A stretch of 64,000 nt of DNA, from the NCBI GenBank assembly GCA_040954595.2, contig CM082587.2:11165403-11229402 (forward strand). The letters run 5' to 3'. The translations under genes were made by a program, and so were the position numbers. This stretch comes from Balanoglossus misakiensis (Eukaryota > Animalia > Hemichordata). The first letter of the stretch is position 1; every line of letters begins with the position of its first letter. This document shows, in pieces, positions 53,959 to 64,000 of this stretch. Below the pieces are notes generated by a model. That model did no database searches. It saw only the letters and a list, made by a program, of their open reading frames with translations, and had not been told where the DNA came from.

Positions 53959-54494
53959 TAGTCAGGTGGAGATTTGAGAAATTGTGACCCCCTCTGGCAT
54001 TTTTTGGTACAAGCAAACCAAATATGTTTTTTGGTCAATTCGACTACGCTGATTTCGAAAATGCCTGTTCCCAAAAGATCTTTTTGAGATAAGAGCCTCG
54101 TTTTGGCAAATCAAATATGGCCGCCAAGGATCGCAATTCTCACATGAATAGCATCAAAGAAATGTTCACGTACCTCCTTAAACAATGAAAATAAACTACA
54201 TGTTTACATCAACAACTTTTTTGGTTGTATAAACACAAAATAGCAATAATAAAACAATAATTATGCACAAATTTGCATATTGTATGAATAATTCGTTGAT
54301 TTTTGGCTACCAAATAATAATAAAGCTGGGTGTAACAGTACATGTACTGAAAACTCACAACCATTGGAAAGAATAACCTTTTCTTTATTTTAATAAAGGA
54401 CTTAAACCTTGTTCAAAACAATACTTCAAGTGTGAAGTTCATTTTGAGATAAGAGCCTCGATGTGGCAATTCAATATGGCCGTCTAAAGCCCTG

Positions 54495-56717
54495 TAGTGG
54501 AGCGGCCAAACCCTAATTTTCATAGCGATTGTGCATTTTGTGATAAAAGCACCAAACTTGGCTCAGATGTGTGTTAATGTGTACTAAACAAATTCAGATA
54601 GCGAGCCACTAAATATCTGTTGATGAGTTTCCATGGCAACCAATTTTTCAAAATGGCCACCAATACAGATAATTTCACCCACCAAATAACATCTGTGAAC
54701 ACCAAAATAAATTTAGATTTCTATATTTGATACAAGGAACTGTGGAAACAATGATTTTCAAAGATATTATGGTTACTAAACTACTTATAGGGGTAAGTAA
54801 GTTATTAAAACACAATTTAACGGCGCAACTTTTAATCCCTTTGTTCTCGGATTAATAGGTGCTCCTCTAGAAATCAAACCATACTGTCTATGGTCAAACA
54901 TTAGGCTAATTGCGATATTTAACTTGCAGTACGTAAATTACACATATGAATCACAACAGTTTACCACCTTAGCTAATGATAATCATATAAACAGATCACC
55001 GATATATCAGATTTGCACACGGATGTGGGCTTGGCTTACTCGTGACTGGTAAAATTTCCTTATCAACTTGATAGGAGAGTCTACTGCCCGAAATAGACGT
55101 TGATCCAAACTGAGTCCGCGGTCGTCACGTTTATTGGTCGTCAGACATACACATAGGGCCTCAAACGCAATGCAATCTAAATGGACCCCGGGTAACGAAC
55201 CATGCGAAAATGTCGGCTTTGTTTCGACCACAATCGCGACCGCAGCGTTGACAACGTTTTTTCGGGGCGTTGATGTTTGTCAAAATGCCATAGGAAATTT
55301 AAGAAACTTAAGTCGAATTGCTGAAACGTTAATAATCGACCATATGTCTTGATACTTTAGATCATGTATCAGTTCCACTCCAGCAATTTTGTCGACTGTT
55401 AACAGAGTTGACCAAAAAATAAATGGTGTCTATGATTCCAAACTCATAAAAATTACAGCGGAGGACACAACATTATTTTATTTGTCGAGAATAGTGTCCA
55501 TCATGCCATAAATATTGTCAAAAATGTGTGTTAATTATAGAAACCCAACTAAATATACAAGCAGTTGGCCTTTAGATTGGTAAATGGAAAAAACAGGTCT
55601 TATTGCAATTTTCTGGGATTAGGTGGCCCAATGCTCCCAACAAGTCACTTGGAATGTACTTCCATTCTAATATCTCAATGTGTAATCTGACTTTGCAAGA
55701 GATATTACGGAAAACTTCATTTCATTTAATAGCATGAAGTAAGCGAAATCTTACTCTTTACAGAAAAGCTGTGATCCTGAAGACTTTTGGTGTTTTGAAG
55801 CTTATTTTCACTTTATCATTTTATTCTTTGATTTTGGGGGTTCAAAAATACACAAAATAACATGTCAAAATAGAACTGCTGACTATCATCAAGGTGCAAT
55901 TAAAATTATCGATAACTTGAGCAATACAAAGCACTTCAAGCGACTTCATCAAAACACTTTCCGAAGGACAAGTATTGGATGAAAAGTTTGAAACAGATTT
56001 TGATTTGGATTCCTAACATCTATCTATGTACATGCAACCTAGACATAGTTAGTTTCTATAGTAACTTTAACAAACCAATCGACTGTCATGATACTGGATT
56101 TCTGCCACCATTTTATGGGGAAGTGATTCTTTATTTGCATAAATCATTTGATGAAGATAAAATAGAAAAGCTAGATTCTGCACTGATTCAAACTGGTCAG
56201 ATCAATTTATAAGGTTGAGAAACAAGATGCCGTTTTTCCTGGGTTGACTAAATTTGGAATTTTGTTCATCAAAGATATTTTTATGGGGAAAAGAACGAAT
56301 CAACTGAGCTTTACTTGTTAAACTTTTATCACAAAATGCCCAAATGTTATGAAAATTTTGTTTATGCCAGGCCACTATTATAATATATCTATGGTTATAC
56401 AGTGTTTTAACTAAGTTTGTTGTAACCGGTGTTATTACCAAACTTGAATTTCTTTAGCGACTGAATCTCGATCCTGTATTTACCCCTATAACTAGTTTAG
56501 TGATGATAAATATTTTGAAAATTACTCTTTGAGCAGTTTCTTGTTTCAAATATTGTAATATGAATTTATTTTGGTGTTTTATAATTGGTATTTTGTGGGT
56601 GAGATCATCTGTATTGGCGGCCATTTTGAAAAAAATTGCCATGGAAACTCATCAACAGATATTGTGGCTCGCTATCTGAATTTGTTTAGTACACATTAAC
56701 GCACATCTGAGCCAAGT
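54495..56717. mobile_element. Nested inverted-repeat element (second TIR element, right end truncated)
   Basis: 54556-54796 is an imperfect ~240-bp inverted repeat of 56480-56717. Candidate left terminus TAGTGGAGCGGCC at 54495; the matching outer ~60 bp is absent on the right. Confidence 0.7.
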
Positions 56718-57549
56718 ACGACACCCAAGTGGATTAAACATACATGTATATATGTTGCCTCACTGACACAATCTTCACTTTGCACACAGTATCATATATA
56801 AAACCGTAATAAAAATACACATTACTCTTTACTTATGAAGAGAAATTGTTGTTAGAGACCGGGTTTCAAAAAAACACCGAGGACGTCGGGCCATCAGTGT
56901 GCATTCAACGTCTTATAACTAAGCATGAATATATGGTGCTGGCATAATGTGAGTGTGGCCATACGGTGCTTTCGCTATTAATGAACAACTTGTACGTTAA
57001 CAAATGTCAGTTTTGTTGGCAAAAAGTATGTTTTTGGCTTTTCACAACATTGAACATACATTCATAGTTCAATAACTTGTGAATTGTGGACCTAAACGTT
57101 CATACGTTCAATGTTCTGGTGTTTTTTAACGGAGCGGTTGGTCACGATGTTACCAGCGAGCATGTACAGTCTACACTAAATCCTCGTTGTGTATGTTTAT
57201 TTGTTTGTTTGTTTGTTAGTTTGTTTGATTTTGTTGTTTTTTACATGCTATTACATACAAATATGAAAAGTTTCATTTCAGTTATTCATTAAAATGCAAA
57301 CATTTGTCAAAAAACATATGAATAGACACCTGACAGGCCAAAGTCGTATCTTTAGCTTTCAGTTGTCAATTTTAGCATGACATCATGACTAATTAAGCTA
57401 ATTTTGCATATTTTTCATGCTGCACCTTGTCTGACAAGGTAAACGATTGCATATTTGAATTCCTTGACCCTGAAAACATTGGAATAGACACCTCACTTAA
57501 CACCGTTGGCTCTCTTTTGTAGACCCATTGATTTTAGATGGGCGTGTCA

Positions 57550-58616
57550 CCTAATTAACATAAATTAGCATTATTACCAATTCACCAAATGTTTCTAAAT
57601 TAAACAAATTGTTTAAAAATATTTAAATGAATATAAGAATATGATTTCAATAGACTATTATGGTGTTGACCTGTGATATTGCACCATAATGGCTACAAAC
57701 AGCGTTTTCTTTTAGGTATTTTGAAATTATGACGTCACAAATTAATTTGCCATTTTCGACATGAAAACGTGAAAAGAATTTTTGGGAACAGGCAAATTCG
57801 AAGTCAGCGTATTCGAAATATCCAAAAACAACTTGTTCCCAGCTTGTACCAAAAAAATGAATGACATGCTTTTAAAATGCTCATTTTCTGAAATTTCCAC
57901 CTGGACCTAATTAACATAAATTAGCATTTTACCAATTCACAAAATGTTTCTAAATTAAAAACATTGTTTAAAAATATTTAAATGAATATAAGAATATGAT
58001 TTCAATAGACTATTATGGTGTTGACCTGTGATATTGCACCATAATGGCTACAAACAGCGTTTTCTTTTAGGTATTTTGAAATTATGACGTCACAAATTAA
58101 TTTGCCATTTTCGACATGAAAACGTGAAAAGAATTTTTGGGAACAGGCAAATTCGAAGTCAGCGTATTCGAAATATCCAAAAACAACTTGTTCCCAGCTT
58201 GTACCAAAAAAATGAATGACATGCTTTTAAAATGCTCATTTTCTGAAATTTCCACCTGGACCTAATTAACATAAATTAGCATTTTACCAATTCACAAAAT
58301 GTTTCTAAATTAAAAAAATTGTTTACAAATATTTAAATGAATATAAGAATATGATTTCAATAGACTATTATGGTGTTGACCTGTGATATTGCACCATAAT
58401 GGCTACAAACAGCGTTTTCTTTTAGGTATTTTGAAATTATGACGTCACAAATTAATTTGCCATTTTCGACATGAAAACGTGAAAAGAATTTTTGGGAACA
58501 GGCAAATTCGAAATCAGCGTATTCGAAATATCCAAAAACAACTTGTTCCCAGCTTGTACCAAAAAATGCCTGACATGCTTTTAAAATGCTCATTTTCTGA
58601 AATTTCCACCTGACTA
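57550..58616 (+). repeat. Tandem triplication (~355 bp) of the transposon's right terminal region
   Basis: CCTAATTAACATAAATTAGC starts at 57550, 57906 and 58261; each unit ends in AATTTCCACCTG. Confidence 0.93.
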
Positions 58617-60433
58617 TTTGTTCTTTTATTAGAGAAGTCTGAGTAAACACGGTCTCAGAATCACCAGGTTTAGATAGACCATCCCCACTGTCTAAATCTT
58701 TGAAAAATGTTTCTGCCAACCAAACACCAGAATTGGGAACGTCGGGAGAATTCGCCTCATCTAAACGCGCAACACGTGACTGTGACCTGGTAACTGCACA
58801 TGATGGAAATATACCCGGAAATGTATCCTTTAATTCCTCTGTGGCCGGTTGGACAGATGGAAATTTAGTAAGTATGGGAGGGACTTGAACCTTTCCCCCA
58901 GCTAAATCATTCCCCAAGAGAAAATCTACCCCCTCTATTGACTAGGTCAGAATTCAAATTAACCTCACACAAAGGAACCGAAACAAAATTACCACCTATA
59001 CCTTGCAGCAACATTCTGGTATCCATTGAACGCCATACATTCTCTGGCAAGACGTCTGCTAACATTAATGATTGAGCGGCACCAGTATCCCTCAGTATGA
59101 TAATGGGCTTCACTTCATGCACGTCAGATAATTCAGATACCTCTCCTTGGGATACAAAATCCCTAAAACCGTCAGGAATAGACTTGGGGATTTTACAGTT
59201 ATCTCGTGCAGGCAAACTTTGGTACTTATCACCAATATTTATATGACTATCTGTACGGATATCGGCATTTCTATTAACAAAAGCCACAGGTTTACTATCC
59301 CTCTGGTTACTCTTCTTCCATTGCAAACAGTGAGACTTAATGTGCCCCACTTTACCACAATGGAAACAGACAGGACCCCTTCTAATCTCAGGTGGCTTAT
59401 TAGCAGCAACAGACTGGCCCTTTCTGTCTGGACTAGGATGATTTACCCTGTTATCAAATTTTGCATAATTAGTGAAAGGTTTATTACCATACCTATTATA
59501 ATTAGGTGAGCTACTACCACTTTTCTTGTGAGTAAGCTCATAATCATCAGCAATAACGGCTGCCCGCTTTAGTTCTGTAACTTTATGTTCATCAATATGG
59601 GTTCTAATGTCCAAAGGGATGCTGTTCTTAAATTCCTCCATGAGTATTACCTCCCTCAGTATATTAAATTCTTTTTCAGTTTGCAAGGAACGGTACCATC
59701 TATCAAATATAATTTCCTTCTCTCTTGCAAATTCAACAAAGGTTTGCCCAGTCTGTCTCCTTAAATTTCTAAACTTCTGTCTATAAGCCTCGGGAACTAA
59801 CTCATAAGCGGATAGAACTGCTTTCTTGACAATTTCATAATCTTCAGAATCTGAATCGGACAAGGAAGAAAACACTTCCTGGGCTTTCCCAACAAACACA
59901 CTTTGAAGCAACAAAGTCCAAAATTTAGTTGGCCACTTAAGTTGTCTCGCAATTTTCTCAAAAGCCAAAAAGTAAGTATCTACTTCGGCTTCAGAAAACC
60001 TTGGGACCAACTTAAGATATTTAGTAACATCAAAATCAGAACTTCTCGTAGTGCTCTGAACAGGTTCATGATTCTGTCGACTTAACTGAAGTTCAAGTTC
60101 TAACTTCCTCAACTCGAATTGTTCTCTTTCTTTTTCTCTCAATAATTGGGCCTCTCCTCTTTCTTGAGCAAGTCTTAATTTCTCTCTTTCAAGTTCAATT
60201 TTTGCCAATGCCACTTCAGTACTCTCAGCATTATGCATACCATGTTTAGTCAAACCAAGGAAAGCAGAAATACTATCAATAATTTCCTTTTTTGTTACAT
60301 TACTACCAAGACTGACACCAAAATGAGCAGCTACCTGCTTTAGTTCTGCCTTTCGCAAACGTTGTAAATCATCAACAGTTAAATTTTCATTTTTGACAAA
60401 CTCAGTTACGTTGAACTCCGCTGTGGAAGCCAT
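58617..60433 (-). pseudogene. gag-protease of the Gmr1-type element (frameshift near 58930)
   Basis: Likely start MASTAEF (ATG 60433); coiled coil; SCAN-like capsid segment LVPEAYRQKFR; CCHC knuckle CFHCGKVGHIKSHC; protease LRDTGA. Continues in another frame as GVDFLLGNDLAGGKV...CAVTRSQ. Confidence 0.92.
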
Positions 60434-60491
60434 TACGAATAGTAATTGTGAACCGTTGTTGACCGTGCGCACTGAATGAATTCAAGGATAG

Positions 60492-60509
60492 ATCCCGGAC
60501 GAGCCCCCA
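60492..60509 (-). promoter_or_regulatory. Primer binding site, tRNA-Pro
   Basis: TGGGGGCTCGTCCGGGAT, 3 nt downstream of the 5' LTR; matches the 18-nt tRNA-Pro PBS known from murine leukemia virus. Confidence 0.95.
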
Positions 60510-60512
60510 ATT

Positions 60513-61366
60513 TGTTACGACACGCTGGCCGTTCCAGCCGAAACAGGGCGAGCAATAAACACACTAGCCGGATGGCGTACTTTGTAAGGAACCAAACCAG
60601 CGCCGCACGCAACAAAGTTGGTCAACAAAAGTCACATCAACCAGCAAATCACCTTATTTATAACGAATTTAATAATAACTAAAGTAATCGTGAACATTAA
60701 ATATTATAAACTAAAGAAACACACAAGAAACAAGTGAACTACCTTTTTAAACGTGACCAGGTGTGCATAAACTGAAACAGAACAAGTCCAATGTCCGCTA
60801 GAACGTTCCGCTGACTTGACGGAGGACACGTAGACACAGCAACTCAGCGATAATTCAGTGTAGACACAGCGACACGGCGACAGCTCCAACTCGGCGGCAG
60901 TTCAGCGTAGACACAACGACAGCTCCAACTCGGTGGCAGTTCAGCGTAGACACAACGACAGCTCCAACTCGGCGGCAGTTCAGCGTAGACACAGCGACAC
61001 GGCGGTCCAGGCAAAAGTCCAGCTCCAACTGGTTCCACAAAAGTCCGCAAAAGTCTGCTCCACAAAAGTCCGCAAAAGTCTGCTCCACAAAAGTCCGCTT
61101 CAAAAGTCCGCTCCACACGAAACAGCACGACTTACAAATTGTTCAGAAGAGCAGCCACAGCTTCCAAGACGGTTCAAACGAGCAGCACGTCCTCCAGGTC
61201 AAATTAACATCCACTCGCACAACGTGGCAACGAGCGGGCTTTTAAACTAGCCAAAAATTAATTCCTCACACCTGGTCACTTAAATATTCAAATAAAGAAA
61301 GCAAACGAAACGCACACGAAAAACACACCTGGTCACAAAACAATAGCCGACTGAACCTACGTAACA
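60513..61366 (-). repeat. 5' LTR of the Gmr1-type element
   Basis: Direct repeat of 50207-51060 (offset 10306); adjacent to the PBS. Confidence 0.97.
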
Positions 61367-63216
61367 CCGCGTATGAAGTGGTGACCTAAGACAGGCGACA
61401 GTCAGGCTTCACTTACAAAAAGTGGAAAATACAATAGCTACATTGGTAGGCTAAAAGCTTACTTCCTGAGACTGTTTGTGCCAATGACGGGTAAGACCGC
61501 TTATGAAGTGGTGACCTAAGACAGGTGACAGTCAGGCTTTACTTACAAAAAGTGGAAAATACAATAGCTACATTGGTAGGCTGAAAGCTTACGTCCTGAG
61601 ACTGTTTGTGCCAATGACGGGTAATACCGCTTATGAAGTGGTGACCTAAGACAGGCGACAGTCAGGCTTCACTTACAAAAAGTGGAAAATATAATAGCTA
61701 CATTGGTAGGCAGAAAGCTTACTTCCTGAGACTGTTTGTGCCAATGACGGGTAAGACCGCTTATGAAGTGGTGACCTAAGACAGGCGACAGTCAGGCTTC
61801 ACTTACAAAAAGTGGAAAATGCAATAGCTACATTGGTAGGCTGAAAGCTTACTTCCTGAGACTGTTTGTGACAATGACGGGTAATACTGCTTATGAAGTG
61901 GTGACCTAAGACAGGCGACAGTCAGGCTTCACTTACAAAAAGTGGAAAATATAATAGCTACATTGGTAGGCTGAAAGCTTACTTCCTGAGACTGTTTGTG
62001 CCAATGACGGGTAAGACCGCTTATGAAGTGGTGACCTAAGACAGGCGACAGTCAGGCTTCACTTCCAAAAAGTGGAAAATACAATAGCTACATTGGTAGG
62101 CTGAAAGCTCACTTCCTGAGACTGTTTGTGCCAATGACGGGTAAGACCGCTTATGAAGTGGTGACCTAAGACAGGCGACAGTAAGGCTTCACTTACAAAA
62201 AGTGGAAAATACAATAGCTACATTGGTAGGCTGAAAGCTTACTTCCTGAGACTGTTTGTGCCAATGACGGGTAAGACCTCATATGAAGTGGTGACCTAAG
62301 ACAGGCGACAGTCAGGCTTCACTTACAAAAAGTGGAAAATACAATAGCTACATTGGTAGGCTGAAAGCTTACTTCCTGAGGCTGTTTGTGCCAATGACGG
62401 GTAAGACCGCTTATGAAGTGGTGACCTAAGACAGGCGACAGTCAGGCTTCACTTACAAAAAGTGGAAAATACAATAGCTACATTGGTAGGCTGAAAGCTT
62501 ACTTCCTGAGGCTGTTTGTGCCAATGACGGGTAAGACCGCTTATGAAGTGGTGACCTAAGACAGGCGACAGTCAGGCTTCACTTACAAAAAGTGGAAAAT
62601 ATAATAGCTACGTTGGTAGGCTGAAAGCTTACTTCCGGAGACTGTTTGTGCCAATGACGGGTAAGACCGCTTATGAAGTGGTGACCTAAGACAGGCGACA
62701 GTCAGGCTTCACTTACAAAAAGTGGAAAATACAATAGCTACATTGGTAGGCTGAAAGCTTACTTCCTGAGACTGTTTGTGCCAATGACGGGTAAGACCTC
62801 TTGTGAAGTGGTGACCTAAGACAGGCGACAGTCAGGCTTCATTTACAAAAAGTGGAAAATACAATAGCTACATTGGTAGGCTGAAAGCTTACTTCCTAAG
62901 ACTGTTTGTGCCAATGACGGGTAAGACCTCTTGTGAAGTGGTGACCTAAGACAGGCGACAGTCAGGCTTCACTTACAAAAAGTGGAAAATACAATAGCTA
63001 CATTGGTAGGCTGAAAGCTTACTTCCTGAGACTGTTTGTGCCAATGACGGGTAAGACCGCTTATGAAGTGGTGACCTAAGACAGGCGACAGTCAGGCTTC
63101 ACTTACAAAAAGTGGAAAATACAATAGCTACATTGGTAGGCTGAAAGCTTACTTCCTGAGACTGTTTGTGCCAATGACGGGTAAGACCGCTTATGAAGTG
63201 GTGACCTAAGACAGGC
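61367..63216 (+). repeat. 130-bp satellite array, block 5 (~14 monomers), terminal
   Basis: Resumes in register after the TSD and stops at ...CTAAGACAGGC. Confidence 0.99.
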
Positions 63217-63269
63217 TTGAAAATGTCATTTCAGGCTTGAAAATGTCATTTCAGGCTTGAAAATGTCAT
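63212..63269 (+). repeat. 20-bp tandem repeat x3 at the array boundary
   Basis: CAGGCTTGAAAATGTCATTT repeated; shares CAGGC with the last monomer. Confidence 0.9.
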
Positions 63270-63271
63270 AA

Positions 63272-63660
63272 CGTTCGTTACCAACGTTGATCAAGTCAGA
63301 TTTCACAGGCATGGCTTGGCTAAAGCCCTGGCACTCTAGAGCAGAAACACGCGTACACGTTGATCTACTCACATCTCCTTCGGCCTGGCACGGCTGATGC
63401 CCCGGCAATATATATAGGACACAGACTGGCGTAAGTTATCAACGGTGATTACGTCGGATTTCCTACGGCCTGGTTTAGCTGAAGCCCCGGCACTTTAGAG
63501 CGGAAACACGCGTACATTGACCACGTTGATCAAGTCAGATCTCCTAAGGCCTGGCTCGTCTAAAACCCCGGCACACCATGACAGACACTGGCGTTCGTTA
63601 GCAACGGTGATCAAGTCGGATTTCCTTCGGCCTGGCTCTGCAAAAGACCCGACACTCTAG
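63272..63660 (+). repeat. Diverged ~80-bp tandem repeat (~5 units, alternating ~160-bp dimer)
   Basis: ACG(T/G)TGATCAAGTC(A/G)GAT...GGCCTGG...CCCGGCAC recurs near 63284, 63357, 63443, 63523 and 63605. Confidence 0.8.
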
Positions 63661-64000
63661 TACAAAGGCGTTGGCTAAGTCAGACAAACCGAACAGGGAA
63701 AGTCACAGCGGGTCAACACTCGACATTTGTTCGGGTAGGACTGCATTATTGCCTGTCAATTTATAGAGAAAGCCCGAATTTAACCTGGGCGTTTCAAACA
63801 CCGACGTAAGTTGGGGGCACGGCCTGCAGTACTGCCGGGTAAACTGACATCGGCGTACCGCATATAATGTAGGGGGGGGGAACAGAACGGTTCAATACTA
63901 CATTTATTAGATATCAGCTAATTTTGGACAATCATCTAAAATCTAAATCATTTTTTCATATTTGGATATCTGATGATGTATGAAATTTCCATTATATGTA

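Larger units (their letters stand above)
53959..58616. mobile_element. Non-autonomous TIR DNA transposon, Academ-like (TAG...CTA termini, 3-bp TSD TTT)
   Basis: TAGTCAGGTGGAGATTTGAGAAA / TTTCTGAAATTTCCACCTGACTA, with imperfect TIR similarity over ~130 bp. Removing it with one TTT restores pol codons K-E-Q-K-A-D-P. There is no transposase ORF, so the superfamily is inferred from termini and TSD only. Confidence 0.85.
50207..61366 (-). mobile_element. Gmr1-type Ty3/gypsy LTR retrotransposon, full length, disrupted by a nested DNA transposon
   Basis: Two 854-bp LTRs TGTTACG...CGTAACA; 4-bp TSD CCGC (50203-50206, 61367-61370); PBS and PPT present; domain order gag-PR-IN-RT-RH. Confidence 0.96.

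Noticed and set aside
55007-57292. Transposase remnants among small ORFs in the DNA transposon
   Set aside because: All are under 80 aa with no DDE or other recognisable motif. A spliced remnant cannot be excluded without BLASTX.
58907-58940. Programmed gag-pol frameshift
   Set aside because: The shift lies inside the protease region where residues appear to be missing, and there is no canonical slippery heptamer, so a deletion is more likely.
2855-63216. CRISPR array
   Set aside because: There are no unique spacers; the whole 130 bp is repeated, no cas genes are present, and the context is eukaryotic retroelements.

Overview
This is eukaryotic repetitive DNA, probably animal; the element families suggest a marine invertebrate or deuterostome, but that is inference. 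No host gene or RNA gene is recognisable. About 39 kb (roughly 300 copies) is a very homogeneous head-to-tail 130-bp satellite with local higher-order structure, and it ends at ~63216. Four kinds of insertion interrupt the array. (i) A 5'-truncated APE+RT LINE with a (TAA)n tail occurs twice, 7605 bp apart, as a tandem duplication of one insertion. (ii) A BEL/Pao LTR retrotransposon is cut off inside integrase. (iii) It is followed by a 69-bp minisatellite plus AT-rich spacer, part of which is duplicated 2910 bp downstream. (iv) A full-length Gmr1-type Ty3/gypsy element has 854-bp LTRs, a CCGC TSD, a perfect tRNA-Pro PBS and integrase-before-RT order; it contains a 4.66-kb non-coding TAG...CTA DNA transposon (Academ-like, TTT TSD) with a further nested inverted-repeat element. 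The window looks like centromeric or pericentromeric satellite. I found no convincing wholly new system. The most notable signals are the clustering of independent junctions at one monomer position, the haplotype structure of the array, and the possible native ends of the array. All comparisons were made by eye.
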